61,821 nucleotides of DNA from Ectothiorhodospiraceae bacterium (lineage in GTDB: Bacteria; Pseudomonadota; Gammaproteobacteria; Nitrococcales; Halorhodospiraceae). The DNA is taken from contig PULM01000043.1 of the NCBI GenBank assembly GCA_003552345.1, positions 1 to 61,821 on the forward strand, in the 5' to 3' direction. The notes below the pieces were generated by a model. That model had not been told where the DNA came from. It saw only the letters and a program-made list of their open reading frames with translations, and did no database searches. The position numbers and the translations under genes are program-made. Below, one piece after another: positions 34,646 to 45,101 of the stretch. Positions within the stretch are counted from its first letter, which is position 1, and each line of letters opens with the position of its first letter.

Positions 34646-34676
34646 GGCAGCGCGGCGGGAGAGCCGCGCTGTTCGT
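34646..34676 (+). terminator. Hairpin/terminator after the cytochrome b gene
   Basis: CAGCGCGGC-gggaga-GCCGCGCTG followed by a weak T tract (TTCGTCT). Confidence 0.5.
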
Positions 34677-34686
34677 CTGATAGAAT

Positions 34687-34714
34687 ATTTAACATAATAT
34701 ACCTTCCACGGCTC
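34687..34714 (-). other. dif: dif-like XerC/XerD recombination site (probable chromosome dimer resolution site)
   Basis: - strand GAGCCGTGGAA-GGTATA-TTATGTTAAAT versus E. coli dif GGTGCGCATAA-TGTATA-TTATGTTAAAT: XerD arm 11/11, spacer 5/6, XerC arm 5/11; intergenic AT-rich island. Confidence 0.72.
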
Positions 34715-34859
34715 TAACGGTGATGCCGCGAACCGGCGGTCACCCGACGCCGCAAACCTTGCTGACGCCCCTGCGCGCCGATCCTGCCGGGCGGACAAAC
34801 CGCTCCGGGGCCCGGTATACTCGGTCGCCCCGCAGCGCTGATAACAACGAGCGACGGCG

Positions 34860-35990
34860 ATGGCTCATCCCGAGTTCCCCCTGGACCCGAACCTGGTCTA
34901 CCTTAATCACGCCGGCGTCGGCACCTGGCCCCGGCGTGCCCGCGATGCCGTTCACCGGTTCGCCGACGAGTGTCTTCATCGAGGGGCTGCCGACTACCCC
35001 GGCTGGCTGGCCGCGGAGGATCGGCTGCGCGCCCGCCTGGCGCGGCTCATGGGCCTTGGTGAAGCGGCCGCGGCCGACATCGCCCTGATCCCCAATACCT
35101 CAGCCGGCCTTTCCATGGTCGCCCACGGCGTCCCGTGGCAATCCGGCGACGAGGTGATCGTCAACGACCACGAGTTCCCCTCCAATCGCTGGATCTGGCA
35201 GTCGCTGGAGCGGCACTACGGGGTCCGGGTTCGGCGGGTGCGGTTGCACCACGGCGCTACCCCCGAGGATGCCCTGATCGACGCCCTCACACCGCAGACG
35301 CGTCTGCTCCCGGTCAGCAGCGTCCAGTACGGCACCGGGCTGCGCATGGACCTGGAGCGACTGAGCAACGCCTGCCGCGAACGCGGGGTGCTGCTGTGCG
35401 TGGATGCCATCCAGACCCTTGGCGCGCTTCGTCTCTGCGTGGATGCCGATTTCATCGTGGCCGATGGCCACAAGTGGATGCTCGGCCCGGAGGGCATTGG
35501 GGGGCTGTACGTCCACCCAAGGGTGCGGGAGGATCTGCGCCTCTGGCAGGTCGGCTGGCACATGGCGGAGGAGCTCGGTGCCTTCGATCGCGCCGACTGG
35601 GAGCCTGCCGCCTCCGGCCGTTGCCTGGAACCGGGCAGCCCGAACCTGCTCGGTATGCACGCCCTCGAGGCCAGCCTGGCGGTACTCGAGGAAACCGGAC
35701 TCGATGAGGTCGAAAAGCGCGTCCTGGCGAATGCCCGGGCGGTCATGGAGGGCGTCGAGCGGCACGGGTTCGAGTTGGTGACACCGGCCGCGCCGGATCG
35801 GCATGCCGGAATCGTGACCTTCCGTGTCCCGGGGACCGATCCCGAGCGGCTGCTATCCCGGTTGCGCTCCCAGGACGTGGCATGTGCCGCAAGATGCGGA
35901 GGGATTCGCTTCTCGCCACACTTCTACAACACCAGCGAGGATCTCGAAGAGGCGTGGCGGCGACTTCAGGCCTGCCTGGCCGCCGATTGA
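34860..35990 (+). CDS. Class V aminotransferase-fold PLP enzyme
   Basis: YLNHAG, DAIQ.LG, DGHKWMLGPEG (PLP Lys), RFSPHFYN. Confidence 0.85.
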   Translation: MAHPEFPLDPNLVYLNHAGVGTWPRRARDAVHRFADECLHRGAADYPGWLAAEDRLRARLARLMGLGEAAAADIALIPNTSAGLSMVAHGVPWQSGDEVIVNDHEFPSNRWIWQSLERHYGVRVRRVRLHHGATPEDALIDALTPQTRLLPVSSVQYGTGLRMDLERLSNACRERGVLLCVDAIQTLGALRLCVDADFIVADGHKWMLGPEGIGGLYVHPRVREDLRLWQVGWHMAEELGAFDRADWEPAASGRCLEPGSPNLLGMHALEASLAVLEETGLDEVEKRVLANARAVMEGVERHGFELVTPAAPDRHAGIVTFRVPGTDPERLLSRLRSQDVACAARCGGIRFSPHFYNTSEDLEEAWRRLQACLAAD

Positions 35991-37030
35991 CGGGCTGGCC
36001 GCAGGGCTGCAGCCAGGTCGAGGAAGATTGCCTCGGCAGCCAGGCGGCCATTCAGGGGCTGGTCGAGACCGCGCCGGTGCTCGCCCAGGCGGAGGAAGGC
36101 GTGATGGAGCGCGTCCAGCGACGCTGAGCGCACCAGCTGCTGCGCCAGGGTCCCGGGCAACAGCCCGCGATCCGGCGCGCCATGCCCCTGTCGAAGCAAG
36201 TCGGCGAGGATGGCGGCGACGGCGTCGGCGAGCAGCTCCGGCGTCCGCTCCCAGGTTTCCGCCTCCTTGACCGGGTCGCCACCGGCGCTCAACCGGTGCA
36301 GCTGCTGGAGCAGCGCCTCGTAGCCCTCCAGCCCTTGCTCCTGGAGGACCTGCCAGGCGCTGAGCGGCATGCCGCCGGCCAGCGCCAGCGCCTTGTCTGC
36401 CCTCGCCGGATCGTCGGTGCCCGTGCCCTGCTCCACCAGCCATTGCCGTGCCATCGCCCAAGGTGGCGGTGCCAGTCGGTGTACGGTGCACCGGCTGCGG
36501 ACGGTCGGCGGCAAGCGTCCGGGCCGACCGGTGGCAAGGATCAAGAAGACGCCAGCGGGAGGCTCCTCCAGGGTCTTGAGCAGGCTGTTGGCCGCCGCGC
36601 GGTTGAGGCGGTCACAGGGCACGATCACCGCCACCCGACTCCCGCCCCGTTGCGCACTGAGGTGCAGGAACTCCACCAGCCCGCGGACACTATCGACAAC
36701 GATCTCGCCGCGTTCCCTGGCGCTGCTCGGTCCGAGTGTGCGCAGATCAGGATGGCCACCCCCGGCGGTCAGCTGACAGCCCCGGCAGGTTCCACAAGGG
36801 CGCTGCGGTTGCCCCTCGGTGGCCAGACAGAGCAGCGCCCGGGCCAGGACGCCGGCCAACAGGCGCTTCCCCAGGCCGGTCCGCCCGGTAAGCAGCAGGG
36901 CGTGGTGCAGCCGGCCCTGATCGTAGAGGGTGAGCAGACGGTCGAGTTCCGGAGCGAGCCAAGGTGGCAGCTGCTCGCGTCCCTGCCCCGTCGGTACCCA
37001 CTCCTGCTGCGCTCTGGCGCCTTCAGCCAT
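35966..37030 (-). CDS. holB: DNA polymerase III delta' subunit
   Basis: HHALLL, C..CGTCRGC zinc module, HPD, AANSLLKTLEEP, TVRSRC; after tmk. Confidence 0.93.
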   Translation of the reverse strand: MAEGARAQQEWVPTGQGREQLPPWLAPELDRLLTLYDQGRLHHALLLTGRTGLGKRLLAGVLARALLCLATEGQPQRPCGTCRGCQLTAGGGHPDLRTLGPSSARERGEIVVDSVRGLVEFLHLSAQRGGSRVAVIVPCDRLNRAAANSLLKTLEEPPAGVFLILATGRPGRLPPTVRSRCTVHRLAPPPWAMARQWLVEQGTGTDDPARADKALALAGGMPLSAWQVLQEQGLEGYEALLQQLHRLSAGGDPVKEAETWERTPELLADAVAAILADLLRQGHGAPDRGLLPGTLAQQLVRSASLDALHHAFLRLGEHRRGLDQPLNGRLAAEAIFLDLAAALRPARQSAARQA

Positions 37031-37673
37031 CGGGAGCTCCCCCCGAGACAAGGTCAGCCAGCGCCTCGCGCGCCTGTCGGGCCACCTCCTCTTCCGTGCG
37101 GTTGGCGTCAATACACCGAAAGCGTTCAGGATCCGCTGCGGCCCGCCGGGCGTAGGCCGCACGTGCGGCGCGGAAGAACGGGTCTTGCTCCTGCTCGAAG
37201 CGGTCTTCTCCGTCCCCACGGCTGGCAACCCGCGAACGTCCCACGGCCGGATCCACATCGAGCAGCAGGGTGCGATCGGGGGCAAAGTCGCCCTGCACCC
37301 ACTCCTCCAATACAGCGATCCGGTCGTCGCCGAGCCCGCGGCCACCCCCCTGATAGGCGTAGGTGGCATCGGTGAACCGGTCACTGATGACCCAGCACCC
37401 CGCTGCCAACGCCGGATGGATGACCTGCGCCAGATGCTCGGCGCGGGCGGCGAAGACGGTCAAGGCTTCCGCCTCGGCGCTGAGTCCGCGGTGACGGGGG
37501 TCGAGCAGGGTGCTGCGCAACGCCTCACCAAAGGGGGTCCCGCCCGGCTCACGAGTGAACAGAGGGCGTTCGATGCCCGCGGCCTCGAGCAGCTGCTCGA
37601 TCGCCCGCAGGCAGGTGGTCTTGCCGGCACCTTCCAGCCCTTCAACGGTGATAAAACGCCCCGCTTGGGTCAC
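37023..37673 (-). CDS. tmk: Thymidylate kinase
   Basis: EGLEGAGKTT, TREPGGT, DRFTDATYAYQG. Confidence 0.97.
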   Translation of the reverse strand: MTQAGRFITVEGLEGAGKTTCLRAIEQLLEAAGIERPLFTREPGGTPFGEALRSTLLDPRHRGLSAEAEALTVFAARAEHLAQVIHPALAAGCWVISDRFTDATYAYQGGGRGLGDDRIAVLEEWVQGDFAPDRTLLLDVDPAVGRSRVASRGDGEDRFEQEQDPFFRAARAAYARRAAADPERFRCIDANRTEEEVARQAREALADLVSGGAPDG

Positions 37674-38692
37674 TCCTCCTCCAGGATGTAGCGTCGGACG
37701 GCTGCGTTGTGTTCGTCCAACGTGTCGGAAAAATGATGGCTACCGTCACCCCGCGAGACGAAGTACAGCGCACTGCCCGGTTTCGGATCCACGGCTGCCT
37801 CCAGCGACGCACGCCCGGGCAGCGCGATCGGGGTTGGGGGCAGCCCATGGCGCGTGTAGGTGTTGTACGGGGTATCACGCCGCAGATCCGCCCTGCGCAG
37901 CCGTCCATCGTAGTCGTCGCCCAGGCCGTAGATCACCGTCGGGTCGGTCTGCAGCCGCATGCCCTGCTCCAGCCGGCGGACAAAGACCCCCGCCACCTTG
38001 CGTCGCTCATCATCGCGACCGGTCTCACGCTCAATGATGGAGGCCAGTATCAGCGCCTCGTAGGGGTCCTCCAAGGGAAGCTCTGGCTGGCGCTGCGACC
38101 AGACCCGGGCCAGTTCCTGGCGCATCTGGCCGGCGGCGACACGCAGCAAATCCCGATCGGTCGCCCCCCGCGGGAAACGGTACGTGGTCGGGAAGAACAT
38201 GCCCTCCGGGTGCCGCTCAGTGAAGCCGAGCTCTTCCATCACCCGCTCATCGGGAACGTCTTCCAGAGTCTGCTCAAGGGCCTCGTGCTCTTTCACGGCC
38301 TCGCGCAGGCGAGCGAACGTCCACCCCTCGACAAAGGTCAGACGGTGCAATTTGACCTGCCCGGCCTGCATCCGTGCCAGGAGCTGGCGCACCGTCATCC
38401 CCTCTTCCACTTGGTACTCACCGGCCTTGAGTCCCGCGGAGGCCCCGGTCAACCGTCCGTAAACGCGCAGCGCGAAACGCGTCGCGGGCGAGATCCAGCC
38501 GCGGGACTCCAACTCCCGTCCGATGGCGTGCAGCGAGCTCCCGCGCGGGAGTTCGAGGGTATCCGGTGGATCCGCGACGGCCAGGGGGCGCCGATCGAGT
38601 TCATAGAAGAGCCAACCTCCGGCGACGATCGGCACAAGTGCGAGCAGCGAGGCTACAACAAGCCACCAGCGCGGCGTCAGGCGGGTGATCAA
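37670..38692 (-). CDS. mltG: Endolytic murein transglycosylase MltG (YceG)
   Basis: N-terminal TM, EGMFFP.TY, LASIIERE, LQTDPTVIYG, YNTY...GLPPTPI; probable TTG start. Confidence 0.95.
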   Translation of the reverse strand: MITRLTPRWWLVVASLLALVPIVAGGWLFYELDRRPLAVADPPDTLELPRGSSLHAIGRELESRGWISPATRFALRVYGRLTGASAGLKAGEYQVEEGMTVRQLLARMQAGQVKLHRLTFVEGWTFARLREAVKEHEALEQTLEDVPDERVMEELGFTERHPEGMFFPTTYRFPRGATDRDLLRVAAGQMRQELARVWSQRQPELPLEDPYEALILASIIERETGRDDERRKVAGVFVRRLEQGMRLQTDPTVIYGLGDDYDGRLRRADLRRDTPYNTYTRHGLPPTPIALPGRASLEAAVDPKPGSALYFVSRGDGSHHFSDTLDEHNAAVRRYILEEE

Positions 38693-39552
38693 CGCCTTTC
38701 TCCGGGGATTTCGGAACGGCCGACAAGCGGCGTGAGCCCTCGCCCCGCCATCTGCTCCAGGTAGCCCCGGCTCACCGGCCCGACCGGAAGCTGCGTACCC
38801 GCCACCGAGCGGACTGGCCACAACCCGATCAGGCTGTTGGTCAGGAACAACTCATCCATCTGGCGCAGCTCCTCCGGGTAGAAGCCGCGTTCTTCCACCC
38901 GCAATCCGAACCCCTCGGCCTGCTCAAGGACCCACCGGCGCATTACGCCCGCAACCCCCGCATGGGTCAGCGGGGGCGTCAGCAGCGTCCGGCTGCGAAC
39001 AGCAAAGACATTGGTCGCGGTGCCTTCTACGATGAGCCCGTCGGCATCGAGCATCAAGCCCTCTGCGATGGCAGTGTCCCGCCACTCGGAGCGGGCCATC
39101 ACCTGCTCCAGGCGATTCAGGTGTTTGATGCCGGCCAAGCGGGGCTGGATGCTGATACGCGTCCGGCACAGACGGACATCCACCCCATGCCAGCGCTCGG
39201 GCGGGATCGCCGGCGGGTTGTACAGCGTGAGGATGCGGGTGGGAATGGGCCGGGACGGGGGCAGGTACCCCCGCCCTTCGCTGCTGCCGCGGGTGTAGAC
39301 GACCTTGAGCACCCCTCGATCGACCCGCTCGGTCAGGAAGCGAGCCTCCTCCTTCAGGGTGGCCAGTGGTGGTTCTGGCAGGCCGAGCCGACGTGCCCCG
39401 TCGAGCAGCCGGTCCATGTGGTAATCCCAGAGGCACAACCGCCCCCGGTATACCGCGACGGTTTCGAACAGCCCGTCCCCATAGGCCAGGCCGCGGTCCT
39501 CGGCGTCGAGGGCCGTATCCGCTCTGCCGTTGACCAGTTGCTTACGGCTCAA
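38689..39552 (-). CDS. pabC: Aminodeoxychorismate lyase
   Basis: DRGLAYGDGLFET, GIKHLNRLEQV, GVAGVMR; fabF-pabC-mltG synteny. Confidence 0.95.
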   Translation of the reverse strand: MSRKQLVNGRADTALDAEDRGLAYGDGLFETVAVYRGRLCLWDYHMDRLLDGARRLGLPEPPLATLKEEARFLTERVDRGVLKVVYTRGSSEGRGYLPPSRPIPTRILTLYNPPAIPPERWHGVDVRLCRTRISIQPRLAGIKHLNRLEQVMARSEWRDTAIAEGLMLDADGLIVEGTATNVFAVRSRTLLTPPLTHAGVAGVMRRWVLEQAEGFGLRVEERGFYPEELRQMDELFLTNSLIGLWPVRSVAGTQLPVGPVSRGYLEQMAGRGLTPLVGRSEIPGERR

Positions 39553-39565
39553 GGGCCCCCACTTC

Positions 39566-40810
39566 TCAGCTGGGTACGCGGAAGATCAGGGAGGCGTTCG
39601 TCCCGCCGAATCCAAAGGAGTTGCTGAGCACCGTCCGCAGCGGCTGGCGTCGCGCCTCACCGGGGACCAGGTCAAGGCCGGCGCAGTCGGCTTCGGGCTC
39701 GTGGAGGTTGCACGTGGGCGGGATGACCCCATCGCGCAGCGCCAACACGCTGAACACGGCCTCAAGGCTGCCGGCTGCACCGAGCAGGTGCCCGGTCGTC
39801 GACTTGGTCGAGCTCATGGGCACGTCGCCGGCATGCGCGCCAAACAGCCGTTTCACGGCGGCGGCCTCGGCCAGGTCGCCAACCTGCGTCGAGGTGCCAT
39901 GGGCGTTGATGTAATCGATGTCCGCCGGATCCATGGCAGCGTCCTCCAGCGCCCGCGTCATGCAACGCTGCGCCCCTTCGCCACTCTCCGCCGGTTGCGT
40001 GATGTGATGGGCGTCCGAACTGGTGCCGAAGCCGGCCAGCTCGGCGAGGATCTCCGCCCCGCGGGCACGGGCATGGGCGTAGGACTCGAGCACCAGGACA
40101 GCCGCCCCCTCACTGAGCACGAAACCGTCGCGGCCGACATCCCAGGGCCGGCTCGCCCGCTGCGGGTCGTCGTTCCGGCTGGACAGCGCCCGCGCGGAGG
40201 AGAAAGCTGCCAGTCCCAGCGGCGTGATGCACTTCTCGGCGCCCCCAGCGATCATGACATCGGCATCGCCTGCCGCGATCATGCGCGCGGAGACCCCCAG
40301 GTTGTGGGTGCCGGCGGCGCAGGCGGTTACCGTGGCCAGGTTGGGGCCCCGGAGCCCGTAGTGGATCGATAGGTTCCCGGCTGCCATGTTGATCACGCTG
40401 CTCGGGACCAGGAACGGCGACACCTTGCGCGGTCCGCCTTCGATCAGGGCCTGGTGCCCTGTCTCGATCCCCTGGATACCGCCGATCCCCGAGCCGATCG
40501 AGAGCCCGATCCGGTCCGCATTGTCGTCGCGGACCTCCAGGCCACACTGGTCCAGCGCCTCGGCACAGGCGCCGAAGGCGTAATGGATGAACGGGTCCAT
40601 CCGCCGGGCTTCCTTGCGCGGGAGGTACTCCGAGACGTCAAAGCCCTCGATCGTCCCCCCGAAGCGCACGGAATGGCTGGACGTATCAAACTCGGTAATG
40701 GTCCGGATGCCGCTGCGGCCTTCGGTCACGGCGGACCAGGCCTCAGCAGCGGAGTTACCGACCGGGGAGACAACCCCCAGCCCGGTTACGACGACGGCTC
40801 GATCATCCAT
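39566..40810 (-). CDS. fabF: beta-ketoacyl-ACP synthase II
   Basis: [29 protein letters not shown]; after acpP. Confidence 0.96.
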   Translation of the reverse strand: MDDRAVVVTGLGVVSPVGNSAAEAWSAVTEGRSGIRTITEFDTSSHSVRFGGTIEGFDVSEYLPRKEARRMDPFIHYAFGACAEALDQCGLEVRDDNADRIGLSIGSGIGGIQGIETGHQALIEGGPRKVSPFLVPSSVINMAAGNLSIHYGLRGPNLATVTACAAGTHNLGVSARMIAAGDADVMIAGGAEKCITPLGLAAFSSARALSSRNDDPQRASRPWDVGRDGFVLSEGAAVLVLESYAHARARGAEILAELAGFGTSSDAHHITQPAESGEGAQRCMTRALEDAAMDPADIDYINAHGTSTQVGDLAEAAAVKRLFGAHAGDVPMSSTKSTTGHLLGAAGSLEAVFSVLALRDGVIPPTCNLHEPEADCAGLDLVPGEARRQPLRTVLSNSFGFGGTNASLIFRVPS

Positions 40811-40841
40811 ACCTTGTTGTCCTTCGCGGCGCAGAATGTAT

Positions 40842-40868
40842 CGGGGCCGGTCCACCGGACCGGCCCCG
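40842..40868 (-). terminator. Hairpin between acpP and fabF
   Basis: CGGGGCCGGTCC-acc-GGACCGGCCCCG, 12-bp perfect stem. Confidence 0.55.
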
Positions 40869-40897
40869 CTGCGCCTTCAGACTGTGGCCCCGAGGGG

Positions 40898-41137
40898 TTA
40901 CCCCTCCAGGTGCTTCTTGATGTAGTCCACGGCCTGTTGGACCGTCGTGATCTTCTCGGCCTCCTCGTCGGGGATCTCGCACTCGAATTCTTCCTCGAGC
41001 GCCATCACGAGCTCGACGGTGTCCAGCGAGTCGGCGCCAAGGTCGTCCACGAACGAGGCCTCACCAGTGACCTCTTCCTCTTTGACCCCCAGTTGCTCGA
41101 CGACGATTTTCTTGACGCGATCTTCGATGCTGCTCAT
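40898..41137 (-). CDS. acpP: Acyl carrier protein
   Basis: [20 protein letters not shown]. Confidence 0.99.
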   Translation of the reverse strand: MSSIEDRVKKIVVEQLGVKEEEVTGEASFVDDLGADSLDTVELVMALEEEFECEIPDEEAEKITTVQQAVDYIKKHLEG

Positions 41138-41271
41138 TAAAAGGTCCTCCGAGGTTCTAATTGGCGCAGTCTTCCGGCTGCGGCGCGTATTGTAGGGGAA
41201 CAGTTCGCCGAGTACCAGAACGCCCCGGCGGAATCCTGTACCGTGTACAACCGATTGTGTCGAAAGGGGTT

Positions 41272-42027
41272 TCAGGCCATGTACATGCCGCCGTTGACGT
41301 GCAGCGTCTCACCGGTGATGTAGCCGGCGGCCGGCGACGCCAGGAAAGACACCGCCGCGGCGATATCCTCCGGGCTGCCCAACCGCTCCAGCGGCACATT
41401 GCCAATCAGCGCAGCGCGCTGGTCTTCGCTCATGGCGGCCGTCATGTCGGTCTCGATGAATCCGGGCGCCACCGTGTTCACCGTGATGTTGCGTGCCCCA
41501 AGCTCCCGGGCCATCGACTTGGTCAGGCCCATGATGCCGGCCTTCGCCGCAGAGTAATTGGCCTGACCGGCGTTGCCCATGGCGCCGACCACGGAGCCGA
41601 TGTTGATGATCCGCCCGCCGCGGGCCTTCATCATGCCGCGCAGGCACGCCTTGCTCATGCGATAGACCGAGCTGAGGTTGGTGTCGATGATCTGATCCCA
41701 CTCATCATCCTTCATGCGCATGAGCAGGTTGTCGCGGGTAATGCCCGCGTTGTTGACCAGGATGGTCGGGGCCCCGAAATCGCGGCCGATGGACGCAAGA
41801 ACCTCGCCGATCTGCTCCGAGTCGGTCACATCCAACGCCATGCCGGTGCCCTGAAGGCCAGCTTCGGAGAGGCGCTGACGGATCCCCTCGGCACCCTGCT
41901 CGCTGGTCGCGGTACCAATGACCGTGGCCCCGGAGCGGCCCAGGGCCTCCAGGACCGCCCGGCCGATCCCCCGGCTCGCGCCGGTCACCAGGGCGATCTG
42001 CCCCTGCAGGTCATCTTTGCCGTGCAC
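41272..42027 (-). CDS. fabG: 3-oxoacyl-ACP reductase
   Basis: [25 protein letters not shown]; GTG start with GGAGG RBS. Confidence 0.97.
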   Translation of the reverse strand: MHGKDDLQGQIALVTGASRGIGRAVLEALGRSGATVIGTATSEQGAEGIRQRLSEAGLQGTGMALDVTDSEQIGEVLASIGRDFGAPTILVNNAGITRDNLLMRMKDDEWDQIIDTNLSSVYRMSKACLRGMMKARGGRIINIGSVVGAMGNAGQANYSAAKAGIMGLTKSMARELGARNITVNTVAPGFIETDMTAAMSEDQRAALIGNVPLERLGSPEDIAAAVSFLASPAAGYITGETLHVNGGMYMA

Positions 42028-42057
42028 GCTGCCTCCTTCCAAACAATTCAGTGAGCG

Positions 42058-43011
42058 TTAGCCCGCCGCCGGAAACCGGTTCAGCAGGTCTTCAAAGGAC
42101 TCGGGATCGCTCAGCGCAGCGCCCTGCAGGCTGCGCTCGATCCGTCGGGTCAGTCCGCTGAGCACCTTACCCGGTCCACACTCGGCCAGGACCTGAGCCC
42201 CATCACCGGCCATCTTCTGGACTGTCTCCGTCCACCGCACCGGGCTGGCCAGCTGCTCGACCAGACGGCTCCGGATCGATGCCGCGTCCCGGCTGACCGA
42301 CAGATCGACGTTGTGGATAACGGGCCGGCAAGGCGGCTCGATGGTCACCTCCTCCAGGCGCTGCGCCAGACGCTCGGCCGCCGGCTGCATCAGGCTGCAG
42401 TGAGACGGCGCGCTGACCGGCAGCGGCAGCACCCGCTTGGCGCCGGCATCCTTGGCCGCGGTCCCGGCCCGCTCGACGGCCTCCCGATTGCCGGCGATGA
42501 CGACCTGTCCGGGCGCATTGAAATTCACCGGCTGCACCACGGCACCCTGGGCGGCGCTGGCGCAGATCTCACGGACCTGTTCATCCTCAAGCCCGATGAC
42601 TGCCGCCATGGCGCCCTCTCCAGCCGGCACAGCCTCCTGCATATAGCGACCGCGTTCGGCAACGAGCACGGCGGCATCGGCCAACTGCAGGGAGCCGGCG
42701 GCCACCAGCGCGCTATACTCGCCCAGGCTGTGTCCTGCAAGCATCGCGGGTTCGGCCCCGCCGCGCGCCTGCCAAAGGCGCCAGAGCGCCACGCTGGCTA
42801 CCAGAATCGCGGGCTGGGTGCGATCCGTACGATCGAGTTCCTCAGCCGGGCCGTCGGCGGTCAACGCCCAGAGATCGTAGCCCAGCGCCTCAGAGGCCTC
42901 GCGGAATGTGGTGCGGACGGTCTCTTCCTGCTGCCAGGACGCCATCATCCCAACCGCCTGGGAGCCCTGGCCGGGGAAGACCATCGCGAATTCGGGGGTG
43001 TTGTTGCTCAT
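42058..43011 (-). CDS. fabD: Malonyl CoA-ACP transacylase
   Basis: FPGQGSQ, GHSLGEY, ECGPGKVL. Confidence 0.97.
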   Translation of the reverse strand: MSNNTPEFAMVFPGQGSQAVGMMASWQQEETVRTTFREASEALGYDLWALTADGPAEELDRTDRTQPAILVASVALWRLWQARGGAEPAMLAGHSLGEYSALVAAGSLQLADAAVLVAERGRYMQEAVPAGEGAMAAVIGLEDEQVREICASAAQGAVVQPVNFNAPGQVVIAGNREAVERAGTAAKDAGAKRVLPLPVSAPSHCSLMQPAAERLAQRLEEVTIEPPCRPVIHNVDLSVSRDAASIRSRLVEQLASPVRWTETVQKMAGDGAQVLAECGPGKVLSGLTRRIERSLQGAALSDPESFEDLLNRFPAAG

Positions 43012-43043
43012 CTTGGCTCCTGCTAGGGATTCGTCTCGGGGGG

Positions 43044-44015
43044 CTAGTACCGCACCAGCGCCGACCCCCAGGTAAATCCGCCGCCAAAGGCCTCCAGCAG
43101 CAGCGTCTCCCCGCGCTGGATCCGGCCGTCACGCACCGCCGTATCCAGCGCGATCGGGATCGAGGCGGCGGACGTGTTGCCATGTTCGCCGACCGTAACG
43201 ACAACCCGCTCCATGGGCAGGTCGAGTTTCTTTGCGGTGGCCTGGATGATACGGATATTGGCCTGGTGCGGGACCAGCCAATCGACCGCACCCTTCTCCA
43301 CGCCGGCGGAGTCCAGCGTCTCTTCCACGATCCGGGTCAGGGTGTTTACCGCAACCTTGAACACCTCGTTGCCACGCATGTGGATGTAGCCGCTTTCGCT
43401 GCCCAGGGCGGCATAGCCCCGCCCCGGCCCCCACGGGACATAGAGCAGCGGCTCATAACGGCCATCGCAGTGCAGATGCGTGGATAGCACGCCGGGCTCG
43501 TCCGAGGCCTCGAGGACGACGGCGCCGCCGCCATCGCCAAAGAGCACGCAGGTCCCGCGATCCTCCCAATCCAGGATCCGGGTCATGGCCTCCGCGCCGA
43601 CCACCAGCGCACGCTGGGCATCACCGCAACGCACGAAACGCTCGGCAATGCCCAGCGCGTAGATAAAGCCAGAGCAGGCGGCCGAGATGTCGAAGGCGGC
43701 TGCGCCCGGGCGCACACCCAGCGCCCGCTGCAGTGAAGAGGCCGTGCTCGGAAAGATGCGGTCCGGGGTGCACGTGGCATAGACGATCAGGTCGATGTCG
43801 TCCCCGCTGACACCGGCCGCCTCCATCGCGCGCTGTGCCGCGATCCGGCCGAGGTCACCGCAGACCTCCTGATCGCCGATCACCCGGCGCTCGCCAATCC
43901 CGGTCCGCTCGCGGATCCACTGATCCGAGGTCTCGACGAGCTGCTCGAGATCGCTGTTGGTGATCACACGCTCCGGGAGGTAGCTTCCCGTTCCGATAAT
44001 CCTTGCGTTGCTCAC
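43044..44015 (-). CDS. fabH: beta-ketoacyl-ACP synthase III
   Basis: [21 protein letters not shown]. Confidence 0.97.
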   Translation of the reverse strand: MSNARIIGTGSYLPERVITNSDLEQLVETSDQWIRERTGIGERRVIGDQEVCGDLGRIAAQRAMEAAGVSGDDIDLIVYATCTPDRIFPSTASSLQRALGVRPGAAAFDISAACSGFIYALGIAERFVRCGDAQRALVVGAEAMTRILDWEDRGTCVLFGDGGGAVVLEASDEPGVLSTHLHCDGRYEPLLYVPWGPGRGYAALGSESGYIHMRGNEVFKVAVNTLTRIVEETLDSAGVEKGAVDWLVPHQANIRIIQATAKKLDLPMERVVVTVGEHGNTSAASIPIALDTAVRDGRIQRGETLLLEAFGGGFTWGSALVRY

Positions 44016-45043
44016 GCCCCTTCTTTCGCCCCCAGCAGCCGCTCGATGCGCGCATTGATCAGTTCCGGGACTCGCTGCTCGGCTTCCCGGACGGCCGTGT
44101 CGATAGCCCGGCCGAAGGCGAAGCTGTCCGCCGAGCCGTGGCTCTTGAGGGCCACCCCGCGCAGCCCCAGAAGGCTTGCACCGTTGTATTGACGTGGGTC
44201 AATGCGGCGACGCAGGGAGCGAAGCACCGGCAGCGCGATCAGTCCGGCGACGCGCGAGAGGAGGTTGCGGCGGAACTCGCGGCGCATGTACTCAGAGATC
44301 AACGACGCTACGCCCTCACTCGACTTCAGCGCCACGTTACCGACGAAGCCATCGCAGACCACGACATCCGCCTCTCCCTTGAAGACGCCGTCGCCTTCGA
44401 CGTAGCCCGTGTAGTGAATCTCATCGGAGTCGAGCAGCAGTTCCGCCGCGTGCTTCACCGACTCGTTCCCCTTGATCTCCTCTTCCCCGATGTTCAGCAA
44501 CCCAACGCGCGGGCGCTCGAGCCCGTAGACGGCCTCGGTCGCCACCGCGCCCATCACGCCGAACTGGAAGAGGTGCTCCCCGGTGCAATCGACATTGGCG
44601 CCGAGATCCAGCATGTGCGTGGCGCCGCCAATCGTGGGGATGGTGCCCATGATCGCCGGCCGATCGATGCCGGGTAGGGTCTTCAGCAGGTAACGGGCGG
44701 TGGCCATGAGCGCGCCGGTGTTCCCGGCGCTGACGCACCCATCCGCCGCCCCGTCCTTGACCATCTCCAGCGCCACGCGCATGGAGGAGTCTTTTTTGGA
44801 GCGCAACGCCTGCGACGGTGGCTCGTCCATCGCGACCACTTGGGTACAGTGGCGCACATGGATTCGCTCGACACCGCTTCCCTCAGCGCCGTCCAAGTGC
44901 GCCCGCACGGCCTCCTCCTGGCCGACCAGCACGACGTGCAGATGCGGGTGGCGCTCCAGGGCTTTCAGCGCAGCGGGGACCACGACGCTGGGGCCGTGAT
45001 CCCCGCCCATCGCATCCAGAGACAGGGTGATGCGGTCCGTCAT
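44012..45043 (-). CDS. plsX: Phosphate acyltransferase PlsX
   Basis: [33 protein letters not shown]. Confidence 0.97.
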   Translation of the reverse strand: MTDRITLSLDAMGGDHGPSVVVPAALKALERHPHLHVVLVGQEEAVRAHLDGAEGSGVERIHVRHCTQVVAMDEPPSQALRSKKDSSMRVALEMVKDGAADGCVSAGNTGALMATARYLLKTLPGIDRPAIMGTIPTIGGATHMLDLGANVDCTGEHLFQFGVMGAVATEAVYGLERPRVGLLNIGEEEIKGNESVKHAAELLLDSDEIHYTGYVEGDGVFKGEADVVVCDGFVGNVALKSSEGVASLISEYMRREFRRNLLSRVAGLIALPVLRSLRRRIDPRQYNGASLLGLRGVALKSHGSADSFAFGRAIDTAVREAEQRVPELINARIERLLGAKEGA

Positions 45044-45101
45044 GCCCTCACCCACCCGGATGCCCGGTTGTACGGCGCGATGAACTCCACGGCGAACCGG
45101 C

